Assembly: GCA_031400935.1 (NCBI GenBank)
Contig: JANNQV010000065.1
Coordinates: 62,001 to 126,000 of the forward strand
DNA length: 64,000 bases
From: Armatimonadota bacterium
GTDB lineage: Bacteria; Armatimonadota; Fimbriimonadia; Fimbriimonadales; Fimbriimonadaceae
Direction of reading: 5' to 3'
The notes beneath the pieces were generated by a model. It was not told the DNA's origin and ran no database searches. It was given only the letters and a program-made list of their open reading frames with translations. Positions 1 to 9,544 of the stretch are shown piece after piece. How positions within the stretch are numbered: position 1 is the stretch's first letter; the number at the start of each line of letters is the position of its first letter. The position numbers were made by a program, and so were the translations under genes.

Positions 1-1
1 T

Positions 2-160
2 TACAGCTATGTCCTCAACGAACTTGTCCTTGCAAACATGAATGACGATGTCGCACCGATTGATCGGGCAATTCGAGTAATGAGCGATCTTCGTGAAAGC
101 TGGTCGCAGCTTGAAACAACTTTGAAAGAAGAGCCGGCGGAAATGAAAAAGGCCGCCTAA
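2..160 (+). CDS. fliS: Flagellar export chaperone FliS, 3' part (truncated by window edge)
   Basis: Frame from base 2 reads YSYVLNELVLANMNDDVAPIDRAIRVMSDLRESWSQL...KAA*, matching the FliS C-terminal pattern Y.Y...L..AN...D.........LR..W. A FliT-sized ORF follows. Confidence 0.8.
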   Translation, partial: YSYVLNELVLANMNDDVAPIDRAIRVMSDLRESWSQLETTLKEEPAEMKKAA

Positions 161-161
161 A

Positions 162-485
162 ATGAAGAGCCGCAATATTCTCAAACGACTGCAATTACTT
201 TCGCTTTCTCTTGAAAGTGCAATTCAAAGCGACGAATTGGAGTCAATCAACCCAATTTTGAATGAACGTGCCGATTTGATCGGACAACTTGAAGATACGC
301 CTCTGGACGCAAAAATGACCGAGTGCTTTGCCGATCTTCGTAGAATTGACGATCGTGTTTCTTCTCTACTAACTGCTTCGAGGGCAGAAATTGCCAACCA
401 AGTTAGGTCAGCATCTGGGCGCAATCAGAGCGTCCGATCTTACTCTGCGAACCGTGAAGCAACACTTGCTGAGCAAGCCAGTTAA
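162..485 (+). CDS. FliT-like flagellar chaperone
   Basis: 107-aa helical protein directly after fliS; 'ILNERADLIGQL' and a C-terminal 'VRSY' resemble FliT/FlgN. Confidence 0.55.
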   Translation: MKSRNILKRLQLLSLSLESAIQSDELESINPILNERADLIGQLEDTPLDAKMTECFADLRRIDDRVSSLLTASRAEIANQVRSASGRNQSVRSYSANREATLAEQAS

Positions 486-511
486 GTACCAAACCAGGTA
501 CATTTTGTTGA

Positions 512-1628
512 ATGCTGAACCACGAACAGCTTCAATCTTTGTCTGAATCTCGAACGAGATTGGACGTAATTCGGAGGCATCTTTGACCTGCCTAAACTCG
601 AATCAGAAGCCAAGCGCTTAGAAATACTTTCGGAAAAGCCCGATTTTTGGGATGAACCTGCTGCGGCAAATCGTGAGCTCAAAAAGCTTTCCAGGTTGCG
701 AAATCAAATTCAGCCTATGCAGAAGCTAGAAAAGACATTTGGCGATGTTGCTGAAATGTACGATCTTCTAAAGTTAGAGCCTGATGCCGATTTTGAATCT
801 GAAACAGACACTATGGCTTCGCAGTTTCTGAAGGACTTGGACGCTTACGAACTTGAAACCCTCCTTAGCGGCGAGTACGACGACCGCAACGCGATCGTCG
901 AAATCAATGCAGGCGCTGGCGGAACGGAGGCTTGCGACTGGGCATTAATGATCTTCCGTATGTATTCTCGATATGCTCAAAGGCACGGGTTTCAATTAGA
1001 AATTCTCAGCGAAACCTCCGGAGACGTAACTGGCTACCGTTTCATTAGTTTTCGAATATCTGGGACAAACTGCTACGGGTATCTGAAGGCTGAAGCTGGA
1101 GTTCACCGACTAGTTCGGATTTCGCCTTTTGATGCAAACAGCAAGCGTCACACATCTTTTTGCAGAGTTGAAGTTCTTCCAGAAATTGAGGCTTCAGAAG
1201 TTCAATTTGACGAAGAAGATTTGAAAGTAGAAACCCTTCGAGCTGGCGGTGCAGGCGGCCAGCATGTGAACAAAACCGAATCAGCAGTTCGCTTGACTCA
1301 CATTCCCACAGGAGTTGTTGTCCAATGTCAAAACGAAAGAAGCCAGCACGCGAATCGCGCTTCGGCAATGATGGTAATGGTCGCCCGCCTAAGCGAACTT
1401 CAGCGTGCGGAAGATGAACAAAAAATTCGCTCCATCAAAGGAGAAATCTCTCCTGCCGAATGGGGACGCCAGATTCGAAGTTACGTGATGCAGCCGTACA
1501 CGATGGTTAAAGATCATCGAACTGGCTATGAGACGGGGAACGTGATCGGGGTCCAAGACGGCGCGATTGATGAGTTCATCGAAGCCTATCTGCGGCAAAG
1601 GCCGAGTGCAGATGCGTTTCTAGAGTAA
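512..1628 (+). CDS. prfB: Peptide chain release factor 2, with programmed +1 frameshift
   Basis: ATG at 512 runs to CTT TGA C (581-587); the +1 frame joins the 696..1628 ORF, which has the SPF and GGQ motifs. Confidence 0.97.
573..587 (+). promoter_or_regulatory. prfB +1 frameshift site (internal SD plus slippery CTT-TGA-C)
   Basis: GGAGG-CAT-CTT-TGA-C, the canonical RF2 autoregulatory cassette. Confidence 0.95.
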
Positions 1629-1715
1629 TGTGTTTTGACCGTCTCGGTCAAGTGTGGAATTGGCGTCTCGCCAATTGCTGGCATTTCGACTTGACCGGGA
1701 CGGTCAAGACACATT
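1627..1715. repeat. REP/BIME-like triple-hairpin palindrome between convergent genes; probable bidirectional terminator
   Basis: Inverted arms 1627-1653 and 1689-1715 match 25/27, each itself a TTGACCG-nnn-CGGTCAA hairpin; central hairpin AATTGGCG-TCT-CGCCAATT at 1658-1676. Confidence 0.8.
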
Positions 1716-2570
1716 CTTGTCCGCACCAATTAGCGTTTTCGCGTATGCCAAATTTCTCGGCACGGCAGTCATAGGGTCTTCTTCACCCTCATATTCTAGG
1801 CTCAGCCAGCCTGTGAAGCCAGCCTTGTCAAGTGCCGAAACACAAGCCGCCAAGTCCACTTCTCCCTCGCCCAATGCCGTTCCAACAAACCTGAGATTCT
1901 CTGGTCCATACACAAAACCCTCTGAATCGTCCTTGGCATAACGAAAATCTTTGAAGTGAACCATGTAGGCGAATTTCGCGACTTTTTCCACCGCAACATG
2001 GCTTGGCGGATCAATGAGAAGAAAATTTCCGGTGTCTGGATTTGCTCCGAAAGCGTCGTTGCCAGCTCGTTGACGGACATCTTCGACGAGTCCGAGCACC
2101 TGTGCGGCTTTCCCTGCTAGCGTTCCATGATTTTCTAGGGCAAGCTTCAATCCAACTCTATCAGCAAGTACCGAAGCTTCCGAAAGTCCATCTACGATCC
2201 ACTCGCGTGCCTGACCGAATGTGATTCCTGGCGAAACATCTCCTGCGAACACTCGAACAACCTTCGCCCCATAGTGCTGCGCTTCTGCGATTCCAAAAAT
2301 GATCTTTTTGAGTTCTATGTTTCGTTCATCTGAAGTCAGCTTTGCAAAATTCTGTGCCACAGAAAAAACTGGACATGGCAAACCTGTTTTTCTGAGGGCG
2401 TCCTGTGCGGCAGAGCGTTTTTCTTCAATTCCTTCTCCTGCATAAAAGAAATCAAGAAGCTCAACCCCTTCCGCTCCAGCTTCCTTCGCCGCAAAGATGA
2501 ATCCAGGTATGTCCATCTCGCCAGCCTTCCACTTTCGGAAGTAGCTCCACATGGAAACCCCCAAATGCAT
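1704..2570 (-). CDS. Sugar phosphate isomerase/epimerase (xylose-isomerase-like TIM barrel)
   Basis: Motifs GVEL, LALENHG, DTGN, HFKD and SLEYE; TAATG overlap with nuoN. Confidence 0.85.
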   Translation of the reverse strand: MHLGVSMWSYFRKWKAGEMDIPGFIFAAKEAGAEGVELLDFFYAGEGIEEKRSAAQDALRKTGLPCPVFSVAQNFAKLTSDERNIELKKIIFGIAEAQHYGAKVVRVFAGDVSPGITFGQAREWIVDGLSEASVLADRVGLKLALENHGTLAGKAAQVLGLVEDVRQRAGNDAFGANPDTGNFLLIDPPSHVAVEKVAKFAYMVHFKDFRYAKDDSEGFVYGPENLRFVGTALGEGEVDLAACVSALDKAGFTGWLSLEYEGEEDPMTAVPRNLAYAKTLIGADKNVS

Positions 2571-4102
2571 TACCGGATGCCAACCCTTTCGCCTGGTTCA
2601 GTTTGGACAATTTGACCTTTAACGACTGTACCATCTGGGCCGAAGAGTGCATTCGAAATGGGTGCGAAAAATACCGTGACCAGGAAAACGCCAGCGACGC
2701 AGATTCCTGTCGCCATTCCAACAGATGGCGAGAACCGCATGGTTGGCACGTCATTGTCGGTTTGTTCATTGACGAAAGCTGCCATTGCGATTCCCAAGTA
2801 GTAATAAACGCTGATAGCTGAATTGACCGCTAGCCCGATCGCGAGTGGCCATAAATTTGCGCTAACCGCATCTTGAAAAATCTGTAATTTTGCCAAAAAT
2901 CCGGCAGTTGGCGGAATTCCTATCAAAGAAGCCATGAACACGACAAGAGCAATTGCAGCCCAAGGGCTTCGTTGCCAAAGGCCGTTCAAATGCTGAAGCC
3001 GAGTGCCCTCTTTGCCCCCTTTGGCGCCAAGCGAAATGACAATGAACGCTCCAATCGTCATGAGGCTGTAGCTCAAAAGGTAAATCGCAAGTGTTCCCCA
3101 TCCGACCTGTGACGGAACTTTGGCATGAGCGAGAATTGCTACCAAAATGTAACCGGCATGAGCGATGCTGGAATAAGCCAAGATTCGCTTAATATCTTTC
3201 TGAGCCAAAGCAACCAAATTTCCAACCGTCATCGAAAGTAGGGCAATCCAAAAGAGGACGGGTCCCCAGTACTCTTGCATTGGAGCACAGGCATCAAGGA
3301 ATCTGAATAACGTGGCCACTGCAGCAATCTTGGAAGCAGCCGCCATGAAAGCAGTTACATTGGTTGGTGCGCCTTGATACACGTCGGGCGTCCACTGATG
3401 GAACGGAACAAACCCAGCCTTAAAGCAAAATCCAACAAGCGCCAACGCAAGTCCCATGAGCATTAGCCCTGAAATCTGAGGCACTCTGCCATCCCAAACG
3501 CGGCCAATATCGTCGAAATGCAGCGAGCCTGTCGCGCCGTATATCAACGCAATTCCGTATAACAGAAATCCAGTCGCAAATGCCCCAAGTAAGAAGTACT
3601 TAATTGCTGATTCTTCAGATTTAGCTTCGTTTCGGCTCAAACCCGCTAGAACATAAAGCGCAATAGAGAGAATTTCTAGCCCTATGAAAACCATCAAAAG
3701 GTTCTTCGTGGTCACCATCATCATTGCGCCAGCGGTAGACCACAGGACAAGCGGATAGAACTCGCCAAAAGCGATCTTCTTTTCTCGCATATAACCTTCG
3801 CTGAACAAAATAGTTATGCCGCAAGCTAGTACAAGAAGAATCTGCATGACCGCGCCAAAACGATCTACAACCACCATGTTGCCGAGCGATTCAGATGGCG
3901 TCAATCCCAACTGTTGCCAAGCGAAAAACCCTGCAACTCCTAATCCCAAAATCGAAGCGATGTTCGTTCCAACATTGTTGTTCTTGGGTCGTGCCATTTC
4001 GAAAATGAGCGCGATAATTCCGGTCACGATGACGATGAGGACTGGCGCTATTGCCGCAACTTCAATCTGTGGCACTTGAAAACTTGGCAAAATTTCAGAC
4101 AT
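2570..4102 (-). CDS. nuoN: NADH-quinone oxidoreductase subunit N
   Basis: ESAIKYFLLG, FK...VPFHQWTPDVYQGAP, KRILAYSSIAHAGY. Confidence 0.95.
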   Translation of the reverse strand: MSEILPSFQVPQIEVAAIAPVLIVIVTGIIALIFEMARPKNNNVGTNIASILGLGVAGFFAWQQLGLTPSESLGNMVVVDRFGAVMQILLVLACGITILFSEGYMREKKIAFGEFYPLVLWSTAGAMMMVTTKNLLMVFIGLEILSIALYVLAGLSRNEAKSEESAIKYFLLGAFATGFLLYGIALIYGATGSLHFDDIGRVWDGRVPQISGLMLMGLALALVGFCFKAGFVPFHQWTPDVYQGAPTNVTAFMAAASKIAAVATLFRFLDACAPMQEYWGPVLFWIALLSMTVGNLVALAQKDIKRILAYSSIAHAGYILVAILAHAKVPSQVGWGTLAIYLLSYSLMTIGAFIVISLGAKGGKEGTRLQHLNGLWQRSPWAAIALVVFMASLIGIPPTAGFLAKLQIFQDAVSANLWPLAIGLAVNSAISVYYYLGIAMAAFVNEQTDNDVPTMRFSPSVGMATGICVAGVFLVTVFFAPISNALFGPDGTVVKGQIVQTEPGERVGIR

Positions 4103-4754
4103 GTTTTATATCCCTTTCAATCTTTGCAATTGCTTCCGTTTCACTCATTTTCGGATTCCAGGCCCATTCTGAATTCGGGTCGGAAGTGCATGTTGCACCC
4201 TTACTCATAATTTTCATTTCCGAAAGCGAATGGCCAGTAGCTTCAATGCTCCATCCCATTACATCGCAAGGCAGGTCGGAGACAATGTCCATATATGTGT
4301 TTTCGCTACCAACGACAAACAAAAAAACGAAAGCCCACTTTGTTGCTTCGAGAAGCACTTCTCGATCCCGTTCCAAATAGAGTCCGCCATACTGCATTGG
4401 GCTGCAATGCTCTTCCGTTGCTCCACAAACAGCATACAAAATCCCATGGGCACCATTAGATTTCGCGACCGAGATATCAGACAAACTTGCCTCGATGCAT
4501 TCCGAAAGCATCGCTTCTCCAATTTCGGGCGAGTCTGCAATCACAGAATTCAGATCAATGCCTTTTGAGAGCGCTTGGCCATACGGACCCAAAACCTCGG
4601 CTAACACCGGCAAATCGTTGGTGGAAGGGACATTTGTCGGCAAAAAGACAGAAACGGAGGCACCACAGCAACCACTCGGCCACGCAAGAATAGGCCGGAC
4701 ATTGTTCGGATTCAGGGTCAATTCGGATAGAGAAGGCTTAATCTGTGCGGACAT
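4095..4754 (-). CDS. Hypothetical protein resembling a truncated uroporphyrinogen decarboxylase (URO-D/MtaA)-family barrel
   Basis: 'GAHGILYA...CSPMQYGGLYLERDREVL...YMDIVSDLPCDVMGWS' resembles the central part of URO-D-family proteins; overlaps both nuoM and nuoN. Confidence 0.55.
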   Translation of the reverse strand: MSAQIKPSLSELTLNPNNVRPILAWPSGCCGASVSVFLPTNVPSTNDLPVLAEVLGPYGQALSKGIDLNSVIADSPEIGEAMLSECIEASLSDISVAKSNGAHGILYAVCGATEEHCSPMQYGGLYLERDREVLLEATKWAFVFLFVVGSENTYMDIVSDLPCDVMGWSIEATGHSLSEMKIMSKGATCTSDPNSEWAWNPKMSETEAIAKIERDIKHV

Positions 4755-6480
4755 TGCCGGAACCTCCTCGGCCTTGCACCTGCGGCGAATTGACTAACGG
4801 AGGAAAATAATAGTTGGCGGGACTCAAAACCCTGACTACAGCGGTCGTCGGATTGTACGAAGCAACTTGATCTGGTGTTCGGCTAGCGACTTCAACTAGG
4901 TCGCCTTCAGAATCAATGTCGTGGTTAATGTTTGCCCAAACTGGTCGTTTGTTTGCAGGATTTACAGCCATCATGCGGGTCGCGTTTAGGCTGGCCTCCA
5001 TAGGTTCAAGGAACGTAGACGGATACAAACCTCCCCAGAAAATGAGTACAACCAACGAACCTGCCATGACTGTTTCCCATGGCTTGAGGTCTTTCAAACG
5101 CAAAAGTGCAGGGTTTGTGATCGGCCCATAGAACATCTTTTGGAACATCCAAAGAAGATAAACCGCAGCTAATACAACACCGATTCCGGCCACGGCGGCA
5201 TACATCACATTTAAGCCGAACATATTCGCATAGGCAGCTTGGAAGAAACCGTACATGGCGAGGAACTCCCCGATGAACCCATTTGTTCCAGGTAGCCCAA
5301 CACTTGAAAGCATTACGATCAAGAAAATCGCCGCGAAGATCGGCATCTGAGCCTTCAAGCCACCGTAATCTTTGAACATTCGTGTATGAGTTCGCTCATA
5401 GAGCAAGCCGATCAGCAAGAACAAAGCGCCTGTGCTGATGCCATGATTCAGTTGCTGCATGGCGCCGCCCATGATTCCGTCATTGGTGAGCGAGAAGATT
5501 CCAATCAAGACGAACCCCATGTGAGCCACCGATGAATAGGCGACAAGTTTCTTGACGTCTGGCTGGACTGCGGCAACAATGGCTCCATAAATGATGCCGA
5601 TAATGGCTAGAACAGAGATGTACGGCACCATTTGAGGCAAAACATCTGGGAATATTGGAAGTACAAATCTCAAAAATCCGTACGTTCCCATCTTCAGCAG
5701 GACGCCAGCTAGGATTACAGAGCCAGCTGTCGGTGCCTCGACGTGAGCATCTGGAAGCCAAGTGTGGAAGGGAAACGCCGGACATTTCACCAAAAAAGCA
5801 ATAGCAAACGCCCAAAACAGCCATGGTTGCAGGTATTCAAATTTCGACCAAAGATCGCCGCTAGCAACCAGTTTCTGGATGTCCACGATGCTGAAAGACC
5901 AGGTTCCCACGGCTTCCTTGTGCAGATAGGCGAGCGCAATCATGCCTACGAGCATAAAGATTGAGCCTGCAAATGTGTAAATGAAGAATTTAAGGCCGGA
6001 ATAGATTCGGCGTTCACCACCCCAAATGGATATCAAAAGCCACATTGGAATCAAGCTGGCTTCAAAAAACGTGTAAAAAAGCACCATATCAAGCGCGCAA
6101 AACACGCCGAGCATGGCGGTTTGCAAGATCAGCATGCTGACCATGTACGCTTTTACGCGCTTTGTAATATAGAAGCTAAACCAGGTTGAAATGAAGCTGA
6201 GAAAGGTTGTAAGGACGAGCAACCAAATACTAACGCCGTCAACGCCGAGCTTGTATGAAATGCCAAGGCTCGGAATCCACGAACAGTTCTCTTCCATCTG
6301 AAAATGGAAGGTTGCGCCGTTGAATTTGGTTAGAATCCACAAGGACACCGCAAAGTTCAAAAGCGATGCGCCAAGGGCGACCATCCGAACAACTTGCACC
6401 TTTTTTTGGGGGATCAAACCTATCAGAATCGCCGCAATCGCCGGCAAGAAAACAAGAATGCTGAGAAGAGGCATCTGCAT
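4738..6480 (-). CDS. nuoM: NADH-quinone oxidoreductase subunit M
   Basis: FPFHTWLPDAHVEAPTAGSVILAGVLLKMGTYG; DVKKLVAYSSVAHMG. Confidence 0.96.
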   Translation of the reverse strand: MQMPLLSILVFLPAIAAILIGLIPQKKVQVVRMVALGASLLNFAVSLWILTKFNGATFHFQMEENCSWIPSLGISYKLGVDGVSIWLLVLTTFLSFISTWFSFYITKRVKAYMVSMLILQTAMLGVFCALDMVLFYTFFEASLIPMWLLISIWGGERRIYSGLKFFIYTFAGSIFMLVGMIALAYLHKEAVGTWSFSIVDIQKLVASGDLWSKFEYLQPWLFWAFAIAFLVKCPAFPFHTWLPDAHVEAPTAGSVILAGVLLKMGTYGFLRFVLPIFPDVLPQMVPYISVLAIIGIIYGAIVAAVQPDVKKLVAYSSVAHMGFVLIGIFSLTNDGIMGGAMQQLNHGISTGALFLLIGLLYERTHTRMFKDYGGLKAQMPIFAAIFLIVMLSSVGLPGTNGFIGEFLAMYGFFQAAYANMFGLNVMYAAVAGIGVVLAAVYLLWMFQKMFYGPITNPALLRLKDLKPWETVMAGSLVVLIFWGGLYPSTFLEPMEASLNATRMMAVNPANKRPVWANINHDIDSEGDLVEVASRTPDQVASYNPTTAVVRVLSPANYYFPPLVNSPQVQGRGGSGNVRTD

Positions 6481-8666
6481 CAGACCTTGCCTCCTAATGA
6501 GTTCGCGACGTAAACAAAGTAAAGGACGATGGCAAGCCCGCCAAACAGCATCATGAGGGCGTATGACCTAGCGTAGCCGCTTTGCGAAGCCTTGAAGAGC
6601 CTTCCAAGCCCTCCTGTGAATCCGGCAATTCCATTCACCAAGCCATCAACAATTTTTGAGTCAAACCACCATGCCAAGTTTGCAAGCATTCCTCCGCCGG
6701 TTACGCCCGCATCCATGATGGTCGAATCGTAGCCGAATTGGGCATTGGCCGACCGTCTCCAAGGCTTCCAAGAATCCTCGTCTTTTTCGTCCTTCGGCAA
6801 GCCATTTCGGTACACGAAGTAGCCCCAAACCATTCCCAATACACCTGCACCGATTCCCATCAGGAGTAAATATTGACCAACCCAACCTTTCGGATGGCCG
6901 TCCACTGCCTCATGCGGAATCAGCGTCAAACCGTGTGGATAAAGCCAGTGCTGAAGCAAGTGGTTATTATTGAGCAAAATTCCGCCTGCAACTGAAAGTA
7001 CAGCCAATACAACGAGAGGAATCCACATGCTTGGATACACCTCTTTGGGCGTGTGATCAGGGGTCAAATCGTGGTGATGCTCGTGTTCCGCGTGACGGGT
7101 TGCCATTTCTTTATCGGAGAAGAAGAATCCATGGACGTCTTCACCATGATCACCATGAACAGCATGATCATGCGAATTGTCTTCGGCATGATGAGCTTCG
7201 TGATGGTCTTCATGCGCTGGAAGCAGCCTCCACTGCTCTTTGGTGCCAAAGAAGGTTAGGAACGTCAGCCGGGTCATGTATCCGGCCGTCAGTAACGCAA
7301 CGGCAAGAGCAATCCAACCTGCAATTACGCCAACTGGGACGTCACCAATTACTGCGACCTGATTTCCAAGAGCACCGCCAAGTATCGCTTCCTTTGAAAA
7401 GAATCCGCTCAATGGAGGAAGTCCGGAGATTGCAAGCCACCCGATCACCATTGTGAATGCAGTGACTTTGATGTATTTCCCAAGATTCCCATATCGGCGC
7501 ATGTCTTGCTCGTGGTTCATGCTGGCAATGACTGCTCCCGAGCCTAAAAAGAGGAGGGCCTTAAAGAACGCATGAGTAATGACATGGAAAATTCCAACCC
7601 AAAACGCACCAACTCCACATGCAATAAACATAAACCCAAGCTGAGAAACAGTCGAGTAAGCCAAAACCTTTTTGATATCGGTTTGTCCAAAAGCAATCAG
7701 AGCCGCAAATAGCGCTGTGAAAGCTCCAATTCCCGCAACAATTGCCATTGCGACTGGGGAAAGCTCGAACAGAACGTGGAGCCGGTTCAGCATGAAAACG
7801 CCAGCAGTAACCATCGTGGCAGCATGGATAAGTGCAGAAACCGGCGTTGGACCAGCCATGGCATCGGGGAGCCAAAAATAGAGCGGGAACTGAGCCGATT
7901 TGCCCATGGCACCGATGAAAAAGAAGATTGCAATTGCAGTAGCGACGCCTGGATTTTGCTGGAGCAGCACCACACAATTTGGCAGAAACACGTCGTAGCT
8001 GAACCATCGAAGATCAGCCGGAATTCCCGCTTGCCCAGCATTCGCCATCAGGAATGCAACCAAGGTGAACATTCCAAGACAGAAACCCCAGTCGCCAATT
8101 CGGTTGACAATAAATGCCTTGTTAGCCGCCTTCGCATTGGCAACATCTTTGTACCAAAACCCAATCAGCAAGTAAGAGCAAAGCCCAACGCCTTCCCAAC
8201 CTATGAACATCATGAGCAAGTTGTTGCCCAAAACCAAGATGAGCATCATGGCGATGAACAGGTTCAAATAGGTGAAAAATCGTGCGTAGTCTTTTTCCTT
8301 GGCCATATAGCCAGTGGCGTAGAGGTGGATCAAAGCTCCGATTCCAGTGATGATCAGAGTCATCGTCATTGATAGCGGGTCAATTACGAGTTCGAAAGGG
8401 ATCCGCATTGATTTTAATGCAATCCAATCAAATGCTTCAAGCGGCTCTGGATAGTCGGCGGGTGAAAGGTTGGTGAGCCTCAGAGTTAAAAGTGCAGCAA
8501 TGACAAATGGAACTGCCACGAAAAACACAGCCAAAAAGCCCATAAGCCGCTTACCGGCTTCATCCGTGCCATTGCGGGTTATGCGTCCGCCCATTACTGC
8601 CTGAATGATGCTCCCGACTAGCGGAAGCGCAAGCACAGCCCAAATTAGCGTCCAGGGTAAATCCAT
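6480..8666 (-). CDS. nuoL: NADH-quinone oxidoreductase subunit L (with His-rich insert)
   Basis: GKSAQFPLYFWLPDAMAGPTPVSALIHAATMV; THAFFKALLFLGSG. Confidence 0.96.
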   Translation of the reverse strand: MDLPWTLIWAVLALPLVGSIIQAVMGGRITRNGTDEAGKRLMGFLAVFFVAVPFVIAALLTLRLTNLSPADYPEPLEAFDWIALKSMRIPFELVIDPLSMTMTLIITGIGALIHLYATGYMAKEKDYARFFTYLNLFIAMMLILVLGNNLLMMFIGWEGVGLCSYLLIGFWYKDVANAKAANKAFIVNRIGDWGFCLGMFTLVAFLMANAGQAGIPADLRWFSYDVFLPNCVVLLQQNPGVATAIAIFFFIGAMGKSAQFPLYFWLPDAMAGPTPVSALIHAATMVTAGVFMLNRLHVLFELSPVAMAIVAGIGAFTALFAALIAFGQTDIKKVLAYSTVSQLGFMFIACGVGAFWVGIFHVITHAFFKALLFLGSGAVIASMNHEQDMRRYGNLGKYIKVTAFTMVIGWLAISGLPPLSGFFSKEAILGGALGNQVAVIGDVPVGVIAGWIALAVALLTAGYMTRLTFLTFFGTKEQWRLLPAHEDHHEAHHAEDNSHDHAVHGDHGEDVHGFFFSDKEMATRHAEHEHHHDLTPDHTPKEVYPSMWIPLVVLAVLSVAGGILLNNNHLLQHWLYPHGLTLIPHEAVDGHPKGWVGQYLLLMGIGAGVLGMVWGYFVYRNGLPKDEKDEDSWKPWRRSANAQFGYDSTIMDAGVTGGGMLANLAWWFDSKIVDGLVNGIAGFTGGLGRLFKASQSGYARSYALMMLFGGLAIVLYFVYVANSLGGKV

Positions 8667-9020
8667 TTATCCTCTAAGCAAGTTCATTTCATCCACATCA
8701 ACGTTTTGCCTCAACCGGAAAATCGCCATGATGATTCCTAGTCCTACAGCAACCTCGGCAGCGGCCACCGCCATTACAAATACGACCATCATCTGCCCCG
8801 ACATATAGATTTGCGGGTCAGCAACATCGTGCAGTGCAGGCGAGGGCCGGAATCGAGCAAAAGTGAGAAAAGTCAGGTTCACTGCATTGAGCATGAGTTC
8901 GATGCACATGAAGATCACGATTGGGTTTCTTCGGACGATGACGCCGACAACTCCCACGATGAACATAAACAATCCAACGCTTAGGTAGCCGGGGAGGAGC
9001 AAGTTGGACCCTTCCATCAA
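8667..9020 (-). CDS. nuoK: NADH-quinone oxidoreductase subunit K
   Basis: [30 protein letters not shown]. Confidence 0.96.
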   Translation of the reverse strand: MMEGSNLLLPGYLSVGLFMFIVGVVGVIVRRNPIVIFMCIELMLNAVNLTFLTFARFRPSPALHDVADPQIYMSGQMMVVFVMAVAAAEVAVGLGIIMAIFRLRQNVDVDEMNLLRG

Positions 9021-9520
9021 ATTCTCCTCTTTGCAAGCAGAATTGAACCTACAATGCCAATCAATAGCAAAATGCTCGCCATTTCAAACGGCCATGCATA
9101 CTGAGTAAAGAGTGCCTTGCCGATGTTCATCGGCGACCCCCAGCCTTCGACAGGCGGAGCATTCTCGGATTTCAAGAAAGGAAACATGATTTGGCTGGCA
9201 ATCGCTCCAAATAGCCCCAATCCGCAAAGCCCACCTAAAAACCACTTGATTTCCGGTTTTTCTTGCAAAGAACCTGGACCGGACACTTTTAGAAGCATGA
9301 TCACGAACAAAAACAAAACCATGATCGCGCCGGTGTAGACAACGATTTGGGTAATCCCTAGTAATTCTGCGTTCAAAGTGAAATAAAGAAAAGCAAGGGT
9401 GAAAAAATTAACAACAAGGCAAAGCGCGGAGCGAATCGCATCGCGGAACGCCACCACCCCGATAGCAGAAATCATGGCCATCCCAGCCAAAGCTCCAAAG
9501 AACATCATCTCGGTATTCAT
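9017..9520 (-). CDS. nuoJ: NADH-quinone oxidoreductase subunit J
   Basis: [30 protein letters not shown]. Confidence 0.95.
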   Translation of the reverse strand: MNTEMMFFGALAGMAMISAIGVVAFRDAIRSALCLVVNFFTLAFLYFTLNAELLGITQIVVYTGAIMVLFLFVIMLLKVSGPGSLQEKPEIKWFLGGLCGLGLFGAIASQIMFPFLKSENAPPVEGWGSPMNIGKALFTQYAWPFEMASILLLIGIVGSILLAKRRI

Positions 9521-9544
9521 AGGAATTGAAATCAGGTCCGCAAA

